DNA of 64,000 nt from a virus (Duplodnaviria; Caudoviricetes). The notes beneath the pieces are model-generated. The model worked only from the letters and a program-made list of their open reading frames with translations. It ran no database searches and was not told the DNA's origin. The stretch lies in IMG/VR virus record IMGVR_UViG_3300046170_000211, positions 685 through 64,684 of that record. One strand, written 5' to 3'. Position numbers and translations under genes: made by a program. Shown here piece after piece: positions 19,201 through 28,077 of this stretch. The first letter of the stretch is position 1, and every line of letters starts with the position of its first letter.

Positions 19201-20240
19201 AAAGCTAATAATTCTTCGTCTTCCTTAGTAGCTGTTCTAAATCCTAGCCTAGGGCCTTGATTTTGTCCGCCTGATCCGCCTGATCCGCCACTACCTCTGG
19301 TTAAATGTAATCGTAAAAGATCTTCGCCTGCAACTTTACCTTTTGTTAAGTTTAGCGCCTTTCCTTCAGATAAAAGAATGTCAGCTTGTTCGAGAGTTAT
19401 TTTTTTTGTTTCTACAGCCGAGTCAATAATCTTTTCCATTGGACTTAAATTTTCCCTCTCCAAAGCTCTTTGTCTGCGACTTGTATATCTTTTTTGTCTT
19501 TCAATTAACTCTTCTATAGTGTCATCAAAGTTTTTAACAACATCTGCACCGACTCCTGACGTTGGTTTAGGTAAAACTCCACGTGTGGCAGAAAAACTAG
19601 TGTCACCATATTTTATATCACTTGCTAAATCACCTCCAAATTTAGTCGCACTTTTTGCTCCTTGGATTCCTTTTTTAACACCATATTTTCCAAGAGCTCC
19701 TGCTAATCCAATTCCTCCTACAACAGCATAAGGGGCCTCTAGTAAACCAAACGCATTTCCTATTGGATTAGAGCCTACTCTAGCTATTCTTTCTTCAAAA
19801 GCTTTTTGTTGTTCTGGGTACACTGCTTGATTGGCAGAAGTTAGTACATATTGAATTCGACCATTTCGTTTGTTTCGAACTGGTCTGTTGTAATAAATTT
19901 CAGAAGTATATTTATCAACAAAAAAATCGTCAGAAGGATCTTTTGTATTCTCTCCTTCAACTTGTTGTATATCTCTAGGAGTTGTTCCACCCATCAAAAG
20001 AGCAGAACTTAAAAAATTAATAGGTTCTGAAAAATATTTACCACCTATTCTGTCAGCTTTTTCCTGATCTGTAAGATACATTTCTTTTGGAATAAACGTA
20101 CCTAATCCTTTTCTATTTTGTATGTCTGCTTGACTACCAAAATAATCATCTGATTTGTATATGTCTAATGGATTAATTGCTTTCCCACTTGCGTTTGTAA
20201 AAGTAGGTGGTAAACCTTTCTCGTTTTTAGTGTCGGACAT
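13281..20240 (-). CDS. Large internal virion / DNA ejection protein (2319 aa)
   Basis: Size and terminal position in the ejection-protein block; no catalytic motif recognised. Confidence 0.65.
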   Translation of the reverse strand: MSDTKNEKGLPPTFTNASGKAINPLDIYKSDDYFGSQADIQNRKGLGTFIPKEMYLTDQEKADRIGGKYFSEPINFLSSALLMGGTTPRDIQQVEGENTKDPSDDFFVDKYTSEIYYNRPVRNKRNGRIQYVLTSANQAVYPEQQKAFEERIARVGSNPIGNAFGLLEAPYAVVGGIGLAGALGKYGVKKGIQGAKSATKFGGDLASDIKYGDTSFSATRGVLPKPTSGVGADVVKNFDDTIEELIERQKRYTSRRQRALERENLSPMEKIIDSAVETKKITLEQADILLSEGKALNLTKGKVAGEDLLRLHLTRGSGGSGGSGGQNQGPRLGFRTATKEDEELLALYKQVMNDELNLPPVFRFNAIKSSDRGFDGLDLKTKNSTVYNLKKLNTYMKQKNKLNGLSEPEIRAVFEKKLPGVLDDLRLLGRGDIIQPSDIRNTIAQEIMKILNVKKIELPPATPLNATTLKGGKYELKGVPDVAYVFKDIKPEDIKKIKKLHNRFLNGKLMTTPMANDVAVLTRNSKLNKMITKDGKVPSLDELNAAMFDDHVPGTPGLTSSEAGNRINRIIDYINGEDIILPTNYDLVNPFTVNFPKDKKLAKRLIKDINEKASQGSWFSHYGVAERNIYITQADNVLPRANGKRATIERRFYKNNTTNDSIHEFAGIRTTGKNNLDSYGNFVILIDNELNKALGSLQGALGTKNSSWLKGNISLDEYIDAHNAIVKRNIKVNGKTINAKPYLAEIMKPSEVTKYYTKAERKLFKEKYGMDLVKEANKAGYAYKIPRNADGSFTMLDDLAPKTNTGNAEGGPPINREGFKTPGVVGDDEEKRKEDFKNVQKDIKDLYAYYLDGALSDTIEGFAGATNITVDDILKDTRDIINKSDRPLEFKPIKDGYKLVTESPLLKYFGRQYVEPQVSALELFEDAYNSVRKGTENDISMKEEFPAIYGVWNYLNSGVGKTPDEQTYTSLVDELNRAQETGAFRLSYNIADLFANMVDLGFGTQATAKVKERYDKMIEDGRFSEPETFLGEIGAIGVEFGIPGGAVFKAVNWFRRALKATLGVNLFATPTYSLTGKALLGAKISNVAKRVGTSAAVFGGTDFIAGGPYNTVSAAFKDDPLLFDNTLGYNYEDTEGLNGKELALVNFKNRLRFGADGAIIGGLFPLVGPPLWLATKFGLLKPTAFVGGKTLQLGNELAVKPLSYLASGTLKAPFSSAGKLEVGVPGLREVSQGVAGGTKIFADFLGKDIITRAAVAAMGAKPGLIKQLPDFKDWRMFEVNSADPLKANLKKIDNVFSFFREAGKRSPDQLYLDVKTQNFIKSKSRQIEKMLDSIEVKAYNLANGFLKKYNTSKTSPAGQDYLLDQVLSYIKGQIKLSDLPKELQTMAKELSKEFDSVRNFYKDVLPDESGLKQFLTSNLKSYIRQSFGIFTNPQFKVNDNLKEKAIDFVVDRIRNNESLVQLAIKGSTENTDVAIRNFARQQVDDLLATVKTEGFDPIIQLQKIAKDNLKLDDLVIQTGEELPNVIKKLLGEEQGLRSSVMQTTSSLVTQAANLKNYDRIGELLLQQGRLFASRDEAIRAGVVNPVVVGRVPGLGLLESGITNLYGSKEVTGMLRGSLGQLDKFMESSIYQSMIAYKAGVQTGKTVLSPATQTRNFGSAAAFVLNNGWIGGTASVADAFKITLDDIFGAGKVLNEEDLINNIARKSELGVIDENIVASELSAVLQDIKTGKVGTFGQIASIADNSKLMKTATRLYSGGDNVWKWYGHEYLKSQLKGAFKNVDEVKKIVKDDFGITEFNPKNMYEAVEEYSAMLVRELMPTYSKVPPMIQAIRKIPFIGNFVSFPAEIIRTSFATSALAMKHIASDNATLRAMGYRSLMGQAATLWALNEGARGLGYAMTNITPEQIRTYKDEFAPDYMKFSDLVPISNRDKETGTFKVFDMSRYNPYDLISSTVNNLIVRATDPKTKLDPARVETDVLSEYFNASGPLLDLLNGTLFGLSIGTEGVYEALTGKTKTGSSVWSDSDTVLEKFDKGIMHIANKNEPGVVSSAQRIYSAFAGDVSGTGQPLRVRDEMFKLFGGSTVTVDVPGSFAYKISEFQNTFKDSKVSEGWYSTKNYQNRGPGQLVREYNEMNEEAFRQQYKFYRAVKSAIDSGLMTERQVKEALKDRKIPSSTIRKILRGEFKALSWGEGGLKSRYEKIKNANPDMRFNKTDFIPSSALRRAQRKWDRIKFEDFEITDKEGGPLLPMSKEKPFVPYSKNTQDLPVPPIPDTGTPVVQPNQIAQGTGNAVNPQTGLTDAQSVYLSPTEKLYYQRNKGTV

Positions 20241-21515
20241 TTAAGCCACCTGTGCTGGTAATTGTAAATCCGTGTTATATTTTTGGTTAAATTGTGCAAT
20301 GTCTTCTTGTGTTTCTAAGTTTGCAAAATCAAGCAATGCTGCCTCACTTGTTGCAAGTAATTTAATAACACTGTCAGTTACTTCTTGAGGAAGCCGAGCA
20401 CGTAGTTCTTCAAATGTCAATCCAACAGAATCAGGTTGTGTTTGTGTTTGTTGTGCCATCATTGGATCGCCGCCTTGTTGTAATCCAACACGGCCGCCTT
20501 CTGCATTGTTTTCTCGGCTAGTTCCTGGAGGAACAAATACATTTTCAAGTCCCCATTCAACAAAAGAATCAGCTATTACTTTATTTCTTATTTCTAAATA
20601 ACTCATGTTTGCAAACGCTGGATCTTTGCTTTCTTGAATTCGTGTAATAATATCATCAACCGAATTTAAAAACCTTTCGTCAGTTAGTAATTCTATTTTA
20701 CCTTCGGCTACAGCTTTTGTAATTGCGCCGTATAAATTGAATTTTAAATCAGCTTCTAAATCTTTATACTCTTGAGAATCAGGATCTAAATTTTTCATTA
20801 GTGATCTAATTTTTTTAGCTTCTTGACTAACAAATTGTTTTTCAAACTGTGGCACACTAAGTTTTCTATCTAGAAGTTCCATATCTAACTCATGTTTATA
20901 ATCTGCTTGGTCACGAGCTTCTCTACTGCTTCTCTCAAACGTATAGTCGTCTGTTATAGCTGCAATTTTTCTATCTTGTATTTTTTCTAAATCTTTTTTG
21001 TATTGAGATTCTCGATCAGCGTATCTTTTAGATAGGTCTCTGCCTGCAGAAGCTAGAGCCGGTGACGCTGACTGAAGAGCTCCACCTAAACCTGAACCTC
21101 CAATATTAGGAGCACCCATAATTTCAGCTCCCATTGAAGCAAGTCTTAAATAGTCTGAAGTTGTAAGACCTCTTTTGTATTCAGGTGTATCAAAATACCC
21201 CTGCTCGGATAAAAAGTCATAAAGTCTTGGATCATTTTGAATAGCAGTAGTAGGATCTATTTCTGTACCTGTTGAGGTAGGCATCATAACATTTGAGTCA
21301 GTTAAAAAGTTTCCTCCACCTCTCGCTTCCATCTCCCTTATTCTATCATTCTCTTCTTTGTCTGCTATTGCTTGTTTTGCTATTTGGTCAACAGAACCTC
21401 CTGGATAAAAACCTTGTCTAACAGTTCCACCACCTGCAAAGCCAGATACAATACCATTGTTGCGAGAAGAAACTTTACCTCCTCTTCTAAACATTGGTCT
21501 TCTTAATGATCTCAT
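20241..21515 (-). CDS. Internal virion (ejection) protein
   Basis: Position in the block; repeated xxxGGxV motifs. Confidence 0.55.
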   Translation of the reverse strand: MRSLRRPMFRRGGKVSSRNNGIVSGFAGGGTVRQGFYPGGSVDQIAKQAIADKEENDRIREMEARGGGNFLTDSNVMMPTSTGTEIDPTTAIQNDPRLYDFLSEQGYFDTPEYKRGLTTSDYLRLASMGAEIMGAPNIGGSGLGGALQSASPALASAGRDLSKRYADRESQYKKDLEKIQDRKIAAITDDYTFERSSREARDQADYKHELDMELLDRKLSVPQFEKQFVSQEAKKIRSLMKNLDPDSQEYKDLEADLKFNLYGAITKAVAEGKIELLTDERFLNSVDDIITRIQESKDPAFANMSYLEIRNKVIADSFVEWGLENVFVPPGTSRENNAEGGRVGLQQGGDPMMAQQTQTQPDSVGLTFEELRARLPQEVTDSVIKLLATSEAALLDFANLETQEDIAQFNQKYNTDLQLPAQVA

Positions 21516-22696
21516 TATGTTGTCCCTTGATTATTTCCACCAAACATTCCACCAGCTCCTAATAAACCTAGGATACCTATTCCGCCACCTAGTAGTGTTT
21601 GTGCTGTAGATGGATCAGGTGTTGATTGGAATCTTGTTTGTGCTTGACTTCCTTGTGCTTGTCCTAACATTTGTCCTAAGAACCCTGCCGCTTGTTGTGG
21701 TGCGTAAGCTTTAGCCTCGATCCCCGATCTCATTGCATCTAACATAGCTTGGTTGTACAATGTTTGTTTGTCGCCCATTTGTGTCAATGCATTAATTTGA
21801 TTTCCTAAACCAGCCATTTGGTAATTACCCATATCCATTTGACTAGCTGCAGCTCCACCTAAATTAGCTAGTTGGTTTTGTAATGCTGCTTGTTGTGCAT
21901 TTGCTAAACTTAATTGTCCTTGTGCAGCAGTTCCATATAAAGAAACATTTTGACCAGCTTGATCCATAGCTGCTGAGCCTAAACCCATTTGTTGATTGTA
22001 TGCTTGATTAGCTAGTTCATTCGCTTGTCCAAAACCTTTTTGTCTTAAGTCAGCTAACGTTGCAGCCATACCTCTTGCACCTTGTCCAAGAAGCTCTCCT
22101 TCAGCTACACCAAAACGTCCGCCACCAAAAGCATTACCTGCACTAGCTCCAAGATTAGCTCTTTGTTTTGCTAGTTCTGATTGGTAGTCAGCCATTGTTG
22201 AATCAATAACTTCTTGTTGATACGGTGACATAAATTGTTTGTATGCATTAGGTCCAGTATATCCTGATGCTGCAGCTAAATAAGGATCACTTGCACCTTG
22301 ACCAGCCTTTGCTGCAAGCTGTGCTGCATCAAAAGCAGAACCAGCGTTTGCAATAGCCCCGGCGCCCGGTCCTGGCTTTGCTTGTCCTGTTACAGGATCA
22401 TAAATTAAATCTTCAGCGGCACCAGTAAGATTGCCCGCTTGGTCTAAATACTGTTGATAACCACCAAGACCACCAGCTAAATTTCTCGCTGCAATTGTAT
22501 AACCAGATTCAGGTGCAACAAAACCGGCTCCTGTAAAAGAAGAAGGGTCTACGTAAAAAGGGGAAGATGTAATATCTGAGTAACCTGGATTAGGTGACCC
22601 ATCTGGCATAAATGGATTGGCAAAATAACTACCAAACTGTTCTCCCATTCCGGTTACATAAGGTGCTGGTAATATTTTTGTAGTTGTAGTTGCCAT
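21515..22696 (-). CDS. DNA transfer / pilot-type ejection protein
   Basis: Q/A/G-rich; FMSPYQQEVID and AFGGGRFGVAEG motifs; C-terminal hydrophobic GxxxG stretch. Confidence 0.6.
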   Translation of the reverse strand: MATTTTKILPAPYVTGMGEQFGSYFANPFMPDGSPNPGYSDITSSPFYVDPSSFTGAGFVAPESGYTIAARNLAGGLGGYQQYLDQAGNLTGAAEDLIYDPVTGQAKPGPGAGAIANAGSAFDAAQLAAKAGQGASDPYLAAASGYTGPNAYKQFMSPYQQEVIDSTMADYQSELAKQRANLGASAGNAFGGGRFGVAEGELLGQGARGMAATLADLRQKGFGQANELANQAYNQQMGLGSAAMDQAGQNVSLYGTAAQGQLSLANAQQAALQNQLANLGGAAASQMDMGNYQMAGLGNQINALTQMGDKQTLYNQAMLDAMRSGIEAKAYAPQQAAGFLGQMLGQAQGSQAQTRFQSTPDPSTAQTLLGGGIGILGLLGAGGMFGGNNQGTT

Positions 22697-23757
22697 TATG
22701 CTACTGCCTCCATTTGATCCATTAACTCATACATTTTCTGTGCTGCTTCTCTAGGGTTTCCTGATCCACCTGTCATTTTATCAAACCCTTTCATAGCGTC
22801 AGCTGTTAGTACAAATTCATTTTTTGACAACATAGCAGGTACGTCATCAGCTTTTTCTTCAATACCTTGAGATACAAAAATACCATCACGGCCATCTAAT
22901 TGCATACCTTGTGGCATGCCAGGAGCCGCTGCGATAATACCTGTATCACCGCCCATATTATATCCTACTCGACCACCGTTTGCCAACAAATGTTTGTATT
23001 TATTATATTTGTCAGTAATAAAAGGATCGGGTGATTTACTTTCACTATAATCATATCCTGTAAAACCTTTATATTTACTAAACCATTCAGTCCAAATTTT
23101 TCCTTCTTCTCGTTCATCTTTAATACGAGCTTTTTTAAGCTCCTCAGCCATTGGTTTCATTTGCGTAAATGTTGTTATACTTCCTATAGTTGCTATGGAA
23201 TCCTCAAAATTACCAAAACCTGGTAATAGTTTACCACTAGCAGAATCAAAAAATTCTGAACCTTTTCCTATCAATCTGTCTCCAAATTTAAGACCTTCTG
23301 ATGCAGTTCCTACAAGATCATCATACTGTGCCTGATCTATAATTCCTTTATCTAACTGTTCTCCTAATTGAGTTTCTGCGTCACCAAACTTTTCAAGTCT
23401 TTTAAATCTGTTTGTAGGTTCAGGCACTGAAGGTTTAGCATTCATAAAAGCATCCATAAAAGTGCTTCCACCTTTACTTACAGGTCCGTCATTAAAACTA
23501 CCTAGGCCTGCCTTTAAACGATCGTCAAGAGTTGTACCTTCAAACCCCGATGCACGATTAGCTAGAAACGTTCCGGCTGCAGTATAAGGATCAAGCTTGC
23601 CTCCATGCATTTTCATAGAACCAAGTTGACCTATAGCCATAGAAGCAAAAGGACCTAGTGGTCCTGCAAAGGCCATAGCTGCTGGACCTAAAAAAGGAGC
23701 AATCTCCTTTGGTACTAACGCGTCACCTATTTTATCTAAAATTTTACTTAGTCCCAT
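22696..23757 (-). CDS. Internal virion protein
   Basis: C-terminal DDVPAMLSKNEFVLTADA motif recalled from phage virion proteins. Confidence 0.6.
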   Translation of the reverse strand: MGLSKILDKIGDALVPKEIAPFLGPAAMAFAGPLGPFASMAIGQLGSMKMHGGKLDPYTAAGTFLANRASGFEGTTLDDRLKAGLGSFNDGPVSKGGSTFMDAFMNAKPSVPEPTNRFKRLEKFGDAETQLGEQLDKGIIDQAQYDDLVGTASEGLKFGDRLIGKGSEFFDSASGKLLPGFGNFEDSIATIGSITTFTQMKPMAEELKKARIKDEREEGKIWTEWFSKYKGFTGYDYSESKSPDPFITDKYNKYKHLLANGGRVGYNMGGDTGIIAAAPGMPQGMQLDGRDGIFVSQGIEEKADDVPAMLSKNEFVLTADAMKGFDKMTGGSGNPREAAQKMYELMDQMEAVA

Positions 23758-24000
23758 TTATTCTCCGGTTCCAGATCCCAATGGTATCTGAATTACTTTT
23801 ACACGAATATCTTTGGCTTTGTGAACTGACCATGGTTGGCCACACTCGGAGCAGGTGCCTGTTGCCTGTTCTTCAGAATCTACCTCATTCCCGCAGTTTT
23901 TGCAATAGATTCGTTGATGTACCTCAGGCTGTAGAACAGGTACTTTTTTACCCTCTATCTGCTGATGTCCTATAATTTTAGCGTCTTGTATTTTTTTCAT
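23758..24000 (-). CDS. Small Zn-ribbon protein
   Basis: CKNC...CSEC. Confidence 0.65.
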   Translation of the reverse strand: MKKIQDAKIIGHQQIEGKKVPVLQPEVHQRIYCKNCGNEVDSEEQATGTCSECGQPWSVHKAKDIRVKVIQIPLGSGTGE

Positions 24001-24356
24001 TATGTTATCTCCAATACTGAAACAATTATATCTAGCGCGCCCCCTGAACTTGCTGTAGCTTTAATAATGTCGCTATCCTCCAATACTAAAGTTTGATCTA
24101 GTATTTCTACTGAAGTATTAGCAGCAATAGATAAAAGATTTGTAATTTTAATATCCGCACCAACACTAGCGTCTGTATTTACTATTGTTATTGTAACCGC
24201 TCCTGCAGAGTCATTACACACACGAATAGATTTTACCAATGCTTGCACCGGTTTTTGTGGTGGAACTGTGGTAGCATTAGCAGTTGGAACTGTATAAATA
24301 GTTGTTTGACCTGTAGTTGATAAAGTTAAACTTCTATTTTTATAAATATCACTCAT
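24000..24356 (-). CDS. Small virion/tail protein
   Basis: Beta-rich; probable start MSDIYKN at 24356 (ATGA overlap); VLEDSDIIKA...VSVLEIT end. Confidence 0.6.
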   Translation of the reverse strand: MSDIYKNRSLTLSTTGQTTIYTVPTANATTVPPQKPVQALVKSIRVCNDSAGAVTITIVNTDASVGADIKITNLLSIAANTSVEILDQTLVLEDSDIIKATASSGGALDIIVSVLEIT

Positions 24357-24520
24357 TTTAAAAACCAAGTCCTTGCTGTTAATTCTTCACGTAAATCTTG
24401 TTGATAGGTAAAGTTTAATTGCTGTATGATGTTTTCTAATTCACGAATAAGAATATCCTGTTGCTGTCTATCAAACTTATCTTGTGGCAACGGTAATCTT
24501 GTAACGTTAATTCTAGCCAT
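24353..24520 (-). CDS. Small tail-associated protein (55 aa), not in ORF track
   Basis: Hand translation MARINVTRLPLPQDKFDRQQQDILIRELENIIQQLNFTYQQDLREELTARTWFLK; overlaps both neighbours. Confidence 0.7.
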   Translation of the reverse strand: MARINVTRLPLPQDKFDRQQQDILIRELENIIQQLNFTYQQDLREELTARTWFLK

Positions 24521-26355
24521 TATCTTCTTCCATCTGGTTTAATGTCCATTCGTACAGTTCCAAATCTCCAATTATCATTAACAGCATCAGCACTAATTTT
24601 AAGATTTGCTTGTCGTCCTCTACCTCTAACAGAAAAGAACTTAGTAGTGTTTGTTATCGTTGATGTAAAATCTCTTGTGTTTGTACTTGCTGGATAATTA
24701 GCAAACCGTACTCTGACATCTGCATTACCTGTAAGATTTTTAAAATCAGGTAAAACTCTATTGCATAAAAATACTTCGTCGCCTTCTTGTATGTCAAAAT
24801 CACCACTTGTTATTTCACATGGCATCGCTGCACCGTCATCATTAAATCCTGCTTCATGTGCATATAGTATGCTAGACCCAGCAGTAACACCCATGATAAC
24901 TTCATTGTTGGGTAAAGTTGTTGGATTATATTTAGGTGCATAAGGTGCTCCGTAAACACCACGATCAATCCAAGCTGTTCTTGTAAACCCATCGTTAGTA
25001 TACCAAACGTTTTCTAAATAATTATAGGTTACTGACTTGTTTAAAAAAGAAACACCGTTACTTGGATAAAACCAAGTCACTTCATTAAAGTCAGTATTAA
25101 CTGCAGCTGCTACTTGTCCTTGCGCAACACTATCAATGTCATCAAATACAAAGTCTTGCACTGTACAATCTAGTTTTTTAATCGCACCATCAAACATATA
25201 AAATGCTGTTTGCGACATCCAAAAAGAAACACCATTAACATCAACAACTGAATTAGGTGACAATGCTCCACAGTTTGCACCAACTTGATTTAAACCAAAA
25301 ATAAAAGGTGGTCCAATATTGTTTAATGAGTGCAACGCTGTGTCAGTCCATACTAGAATCGATCCCCTAGATCTAATTGCTGCTATAATTCTTGAGCCGT
25401 CTTGAATCCTAAATGTACCTGCAGTATTTTCACTTGTTGGTGCCCATGTATTAAAATCTTCTTGTGAAGAAAATCTTAAAAATAAATCATCTTGTGTTGT
25501 ACTATTTCCAATAGTTACTTCTGTTCCAAATAAAAATATATGTCTGTCAGGAGAAGATACTAAACATAATCTATTTGTTTCTGGAGCTCCTGCAACAGCC
25601 GCGGCTCTCGTTCCAGTGCCTGCTGATAAATCCCAACGATACAGTTTATCATTATTACGTATAGCCAACAGGTCTTCACCAAACGTATCTAGTGACCAAT
25701 AACTTGCTTCTAGTGCAACTGTTGAAGTAGAACGTGGAGTATTCCAGGTACTAGAATTCCAAGGACCCACACCCCAACCAAAACCAAATGTAGATATGGC
25801 TGTCCCTACAGTAATCAAAGCATCTAAGTTTCCTGAACCTCCTCCGCCCGATACAGAACCACTAGCGTTTGATGTGTGTTGTACTGTAAATGAATTAGTA
25901 TTAACAATAGACTTAACCTCAAACTCATTGTTCATATCAAGGCCACCAACAGCTGAAAAGTTTTTAAATATTACAAAATCACCAACAATAAAACCATGCC
26001 CATTGTCTGTAACTGTAACTGTCGAAGAACCAGAAGTAGTTGTAAAAGGGTTTGTTAGAGCTATGTTAATTCTACGCAAAGGAGTTATGTCTGAAAAAAT
26101 ACCTTCAGAGTAAACATATAATTTTCTATCTGTTCCTAAAGCTACGTAACGTACACCTGTGTTTGACACCCATGCTTTAATTCCTCTAACTACACCTGCA
26201 ATATTTTTATTAACAACTTTTTCCCAACCACCAATTTTTTCTGGCAAGCCTGTTCTAAATCTTACATTTTTAGAATCAACCCATTTACCTTCCGCACCGT
26301 AGGTAGAAGTTTGCTTGTCTATTCCTGGGGCGAACTGAGCTTTGATTAAAGTCAT
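24520..26355 (-). CDS. Tail tubular / DNA-stabilisation (nozzle) protein
   Basis: 611-aa beta-rich protein (NVRFRTGLPEKIGGW, LRFSSQED, EVTWFYPS) between fibre and ejection genes. Confidence 0.65.
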   Translation of the reverse strand: MTLIKAQFAPGIDKQTSTYGAEGKWVDSKNVRFRTGLPEKIGGWEKVVNKNIAGVVRGIKAWVSNTGVRYVALGTDRKLYVYSEGIFSDITPLRRINIALTNPFTTTSGSSTVTVTDNGHGFIVGDFVIFKNFSAVGGLDMNNEFEVKSIVNTNSFTVQHTSNASGSVSGGGGSGNLDALITVGTAISTFGFGWGVGPWNSSTWNTPRSTSTVALEASYWSLDTFGEDLLAIRNNDKLYRWDLSAGTGTRAAAVAGAPETNRLCLVSSPDRHIFLFGTEVTIGNSTTQDDLFLRFSSQEDFNTWAPTSENTAGTFRIQDGSRIIAAIRSRGSILVWTDTALHSLNNIGPPFIFGLNQVGANCGALSPNSVVDVNGVSFWMSQTAFYMFDGAIKKLDCTVQDFVFDDIDSVAQGQVAAAVNTDFNEVTWFYPSNGVSFLNKSVTYNYLENVWYTNDGFTRTAWIDRGVYGAPYAPKYNPTTLPNNEVIMGVTAGSSILYAHEAGFNDDGAAMPCEITSGDFDIQEGDEVFLCNRVLPDFKNLTGNADVRVRFANYPASTNTRDFTSTITNTTKFFSVRGRGRQANLKISADAVNDNWRFGTVRMDIKPDGRR

Positions 26356-26381
26356 TATGATATCCTCTGAAATAATCCGCC
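26353..26381. repeat. 29-bp direct repeat, copy 1 (copy 2 at 28049-28077)
   Basis: CATTATGATATCCTCTGAAATAATCCGCC is identical at both sites. Confidence 0.9.
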
Positions 26382-26423
26382 ACCTGGTATTGCTGCATAT
26401 TTTTTTGATTCGTATGTTGCCAT
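26355..26423 (-). pseudogene. 22-aa mini-ORF / deletion remnant of a tail-fibre gene
   Basis: MATYESKKYAAIPGGGLFQRIS joins the N-terminal and C-terminal sequences of the 28051-29034 fibre protein; has a GGAG RBS. Confidence 0.75.
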
Positions 26424-26426
26424 ATT

Positions 26427-27596
26427 TTACTCCGTTAATAGCTGAAAACTTACTGTATCCCCTACATCTCCTAAAGCGGTTACTATGTTAGAAGGATATG
26501 CATTTGTCAGCGAAAAATTTGTCATCCCGTAAAACCCATTTTCTGTAGCTGTAAATTCACTTTTGTTAAAGGTTATACCATTAATTACAACAGCAGTCCA
26601 GCCATCAGAAGCTACACCTGTTCCTTGGGTAGAAGAACCTTCCATATTCAAACTAATTTTATTATTACTTGTTTGCCAAGTAATACTATAAAGTTGCCTT
26701 GCAGCTGTCTCATTTTTTAATGTAAAATAAACTCTATTGTGAAGTTCAAAAGAATAAGTCGAACCACTTGACATTAAGTTCCAAGGTGTTCCAGGGCTTG
26801 GTGATATACCTGCAAAATTGCCTGTGCCTTCGTCTGTATAAGCACTATCAGCATTAAAACCTTTGTATACAGGAGTTCCTCCAGAATCTACATTTCCTGT
26901 ACTTGAACCACCTTGATTACTCCCCCATTTAGAGCTGTATCTACGACCATTTATAATCCAAGTTATGTGATTAGCAGGCCATATTGCAAGATTTTGAGAA
27001 TCTTGGTCTAATGTAATTTTTGTTACAGTGTTGTTATTTGGACCATTAACAAGTGTATCGTACAGATAAAGCTGTGTGATATTTGCAGATACACCATTAT
27101 TAACAGGTAGTAAATTTTGATAAGATATTGATCCTACATTGGCAGTAGTAGTAGACGTACTATTAATAGAACCTATCGTTGTTTTAGGTTGTGTTTGTTT
27201 AGGCATAGGACCTGGAACTGGATTAGGTTGACTTATGGAATCACCATTAACATAAACTTGATTAGAAAAACCTTTTACTGGATTGTTATCATTTCTAAAA
27301 TCTGTGGTGTTACCGAATGTAACTGTACCTGATTTTAACAAATAATTTGTACCCATGTTGCCAAAAGTATAAAAAGCACCTCCCCCACCTAAAATTACTC
27401 CGGCAAGAGTTCCTGGATTACCTCCAAGTTTCATATTTGTTGAATTAATTTTTGGAAACAATGCTTGGTGAATTAACCTCCATGTTCCATTATCATTTAC
27501 ATAACCTTCTTTAACTTCTCGCCACGTTCCACTATCTTTGACATAAAGGTCTTTAACTTCTCGCCACGTGCCGTTGTCATTTTTATACGTAGGCAT
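26427..27596 (-). CDS. Putative receptor-binding / tail fibre tip protein
   Basis: Three N-terminal repeats of Y(V)xDxGTWR; N/G/T/S-rich body. Confidence 0.65.
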   Translation of the reverse strand: MPTYKNDNGTWREVKDLYVKDSGTWREVKEGYVNDNGTWRLIHQALFPKINSTNMKLGGNPGTLAGVILGGGGAFYTFGNMGTNYLLKSGTVTFGNTTDFRNDNNPVKGFSNQVYVNGDSISQPNPVPGPMPKQTQPKTTIGSINSTSTTTANVGSISYQNLLPVNNGVSANITQLYLYDTLVNGPNNNTVTKITLDQDSQNLAIWPANHITWIINGRRYSSKWGSNQGGSSTGNVDSGGTPVYKGFNADSAYTDEGTGNFAGISPSPGTPWNLMSSGSTYSFELHNRVYFTLKNETAARQLYSITWQTSNNKISLNMEGSSTQGTGVASDGWTAVVINGITFNKSEFTATENGFYGMTNFSLTNAYPSNIVTALGDVGDTVSFQLLTE

Positions 27597-28051
27597 TACG
27601 AATACTTATACCAGACATCCCCGTTCGATCCACCTGAAGGATTATTAGTTGATATTGTTGCTTTATAGTTTTGTTCACTTAAAACACCAGACGAAGAGTT
27701 AATAGTTAAAAATGTAGCGTTGTCTGCTGCATTTCTAAATTGAACTGTGTCTCCCTGTACTTTTAAAGTACCTGTTTGGTTATTTAATATGCTATTAGTA
27801 CCATCATGTAATATTTTTAAATCTGTGCCAGTACCAACATTTATATCTACGTTGTCCCCTAAGTTTAAATCACCGGTCAACGTTCCACCAGCTTTAGGTA
27901 ATTTGCTAGTATCTAAGTTACCTATTTGAGTCTGTATATCTCCTGTAACACCATTAAGTCTTTGAAACTCTGTATTGGTAACAGACTCATCAGCTATCTG
28001 TTCTGAGTTAATTGGTATAGTTCTATATTTTGATTCTTCGTAAGTTGCCAT
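27596..28051 (-). CDS. Short tail fibre protein
   Basis: LNGVTGDIQTQ, LPKAGGTLTG, PSGGSNGDVWYKY; paralogous to 28051-29034. Confidence 0.7.
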   Translation of the reverse strand: MATYEESKYRTIPINSEQIADESVTNTEFQRLNGVTGDIQTQIGNLDTSKLPKAGGTLTGDLNLGDNVDINVGTGTDLKILHDGTNSILNNQTGTLKVQGDTVQFRNAADNATFLTINSSSGVLSEQNYKATISTNNPSGGSNGDVWYKYS

Positions 28052-28077
28052 TATGATATCCTCTGAAATAATCCGCC
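28049..28077. repeat. 29-bp direct repeat, copy 2
   Basis: Identical to 26353-26381. Confidence 0.9.

Noticed and set aside
13609-19731. Many plus-strand ORFs opposite the 2319-aa gene and other long minus-strand genes
   Set aside because: Antisense shadows with no recognisable motifs.
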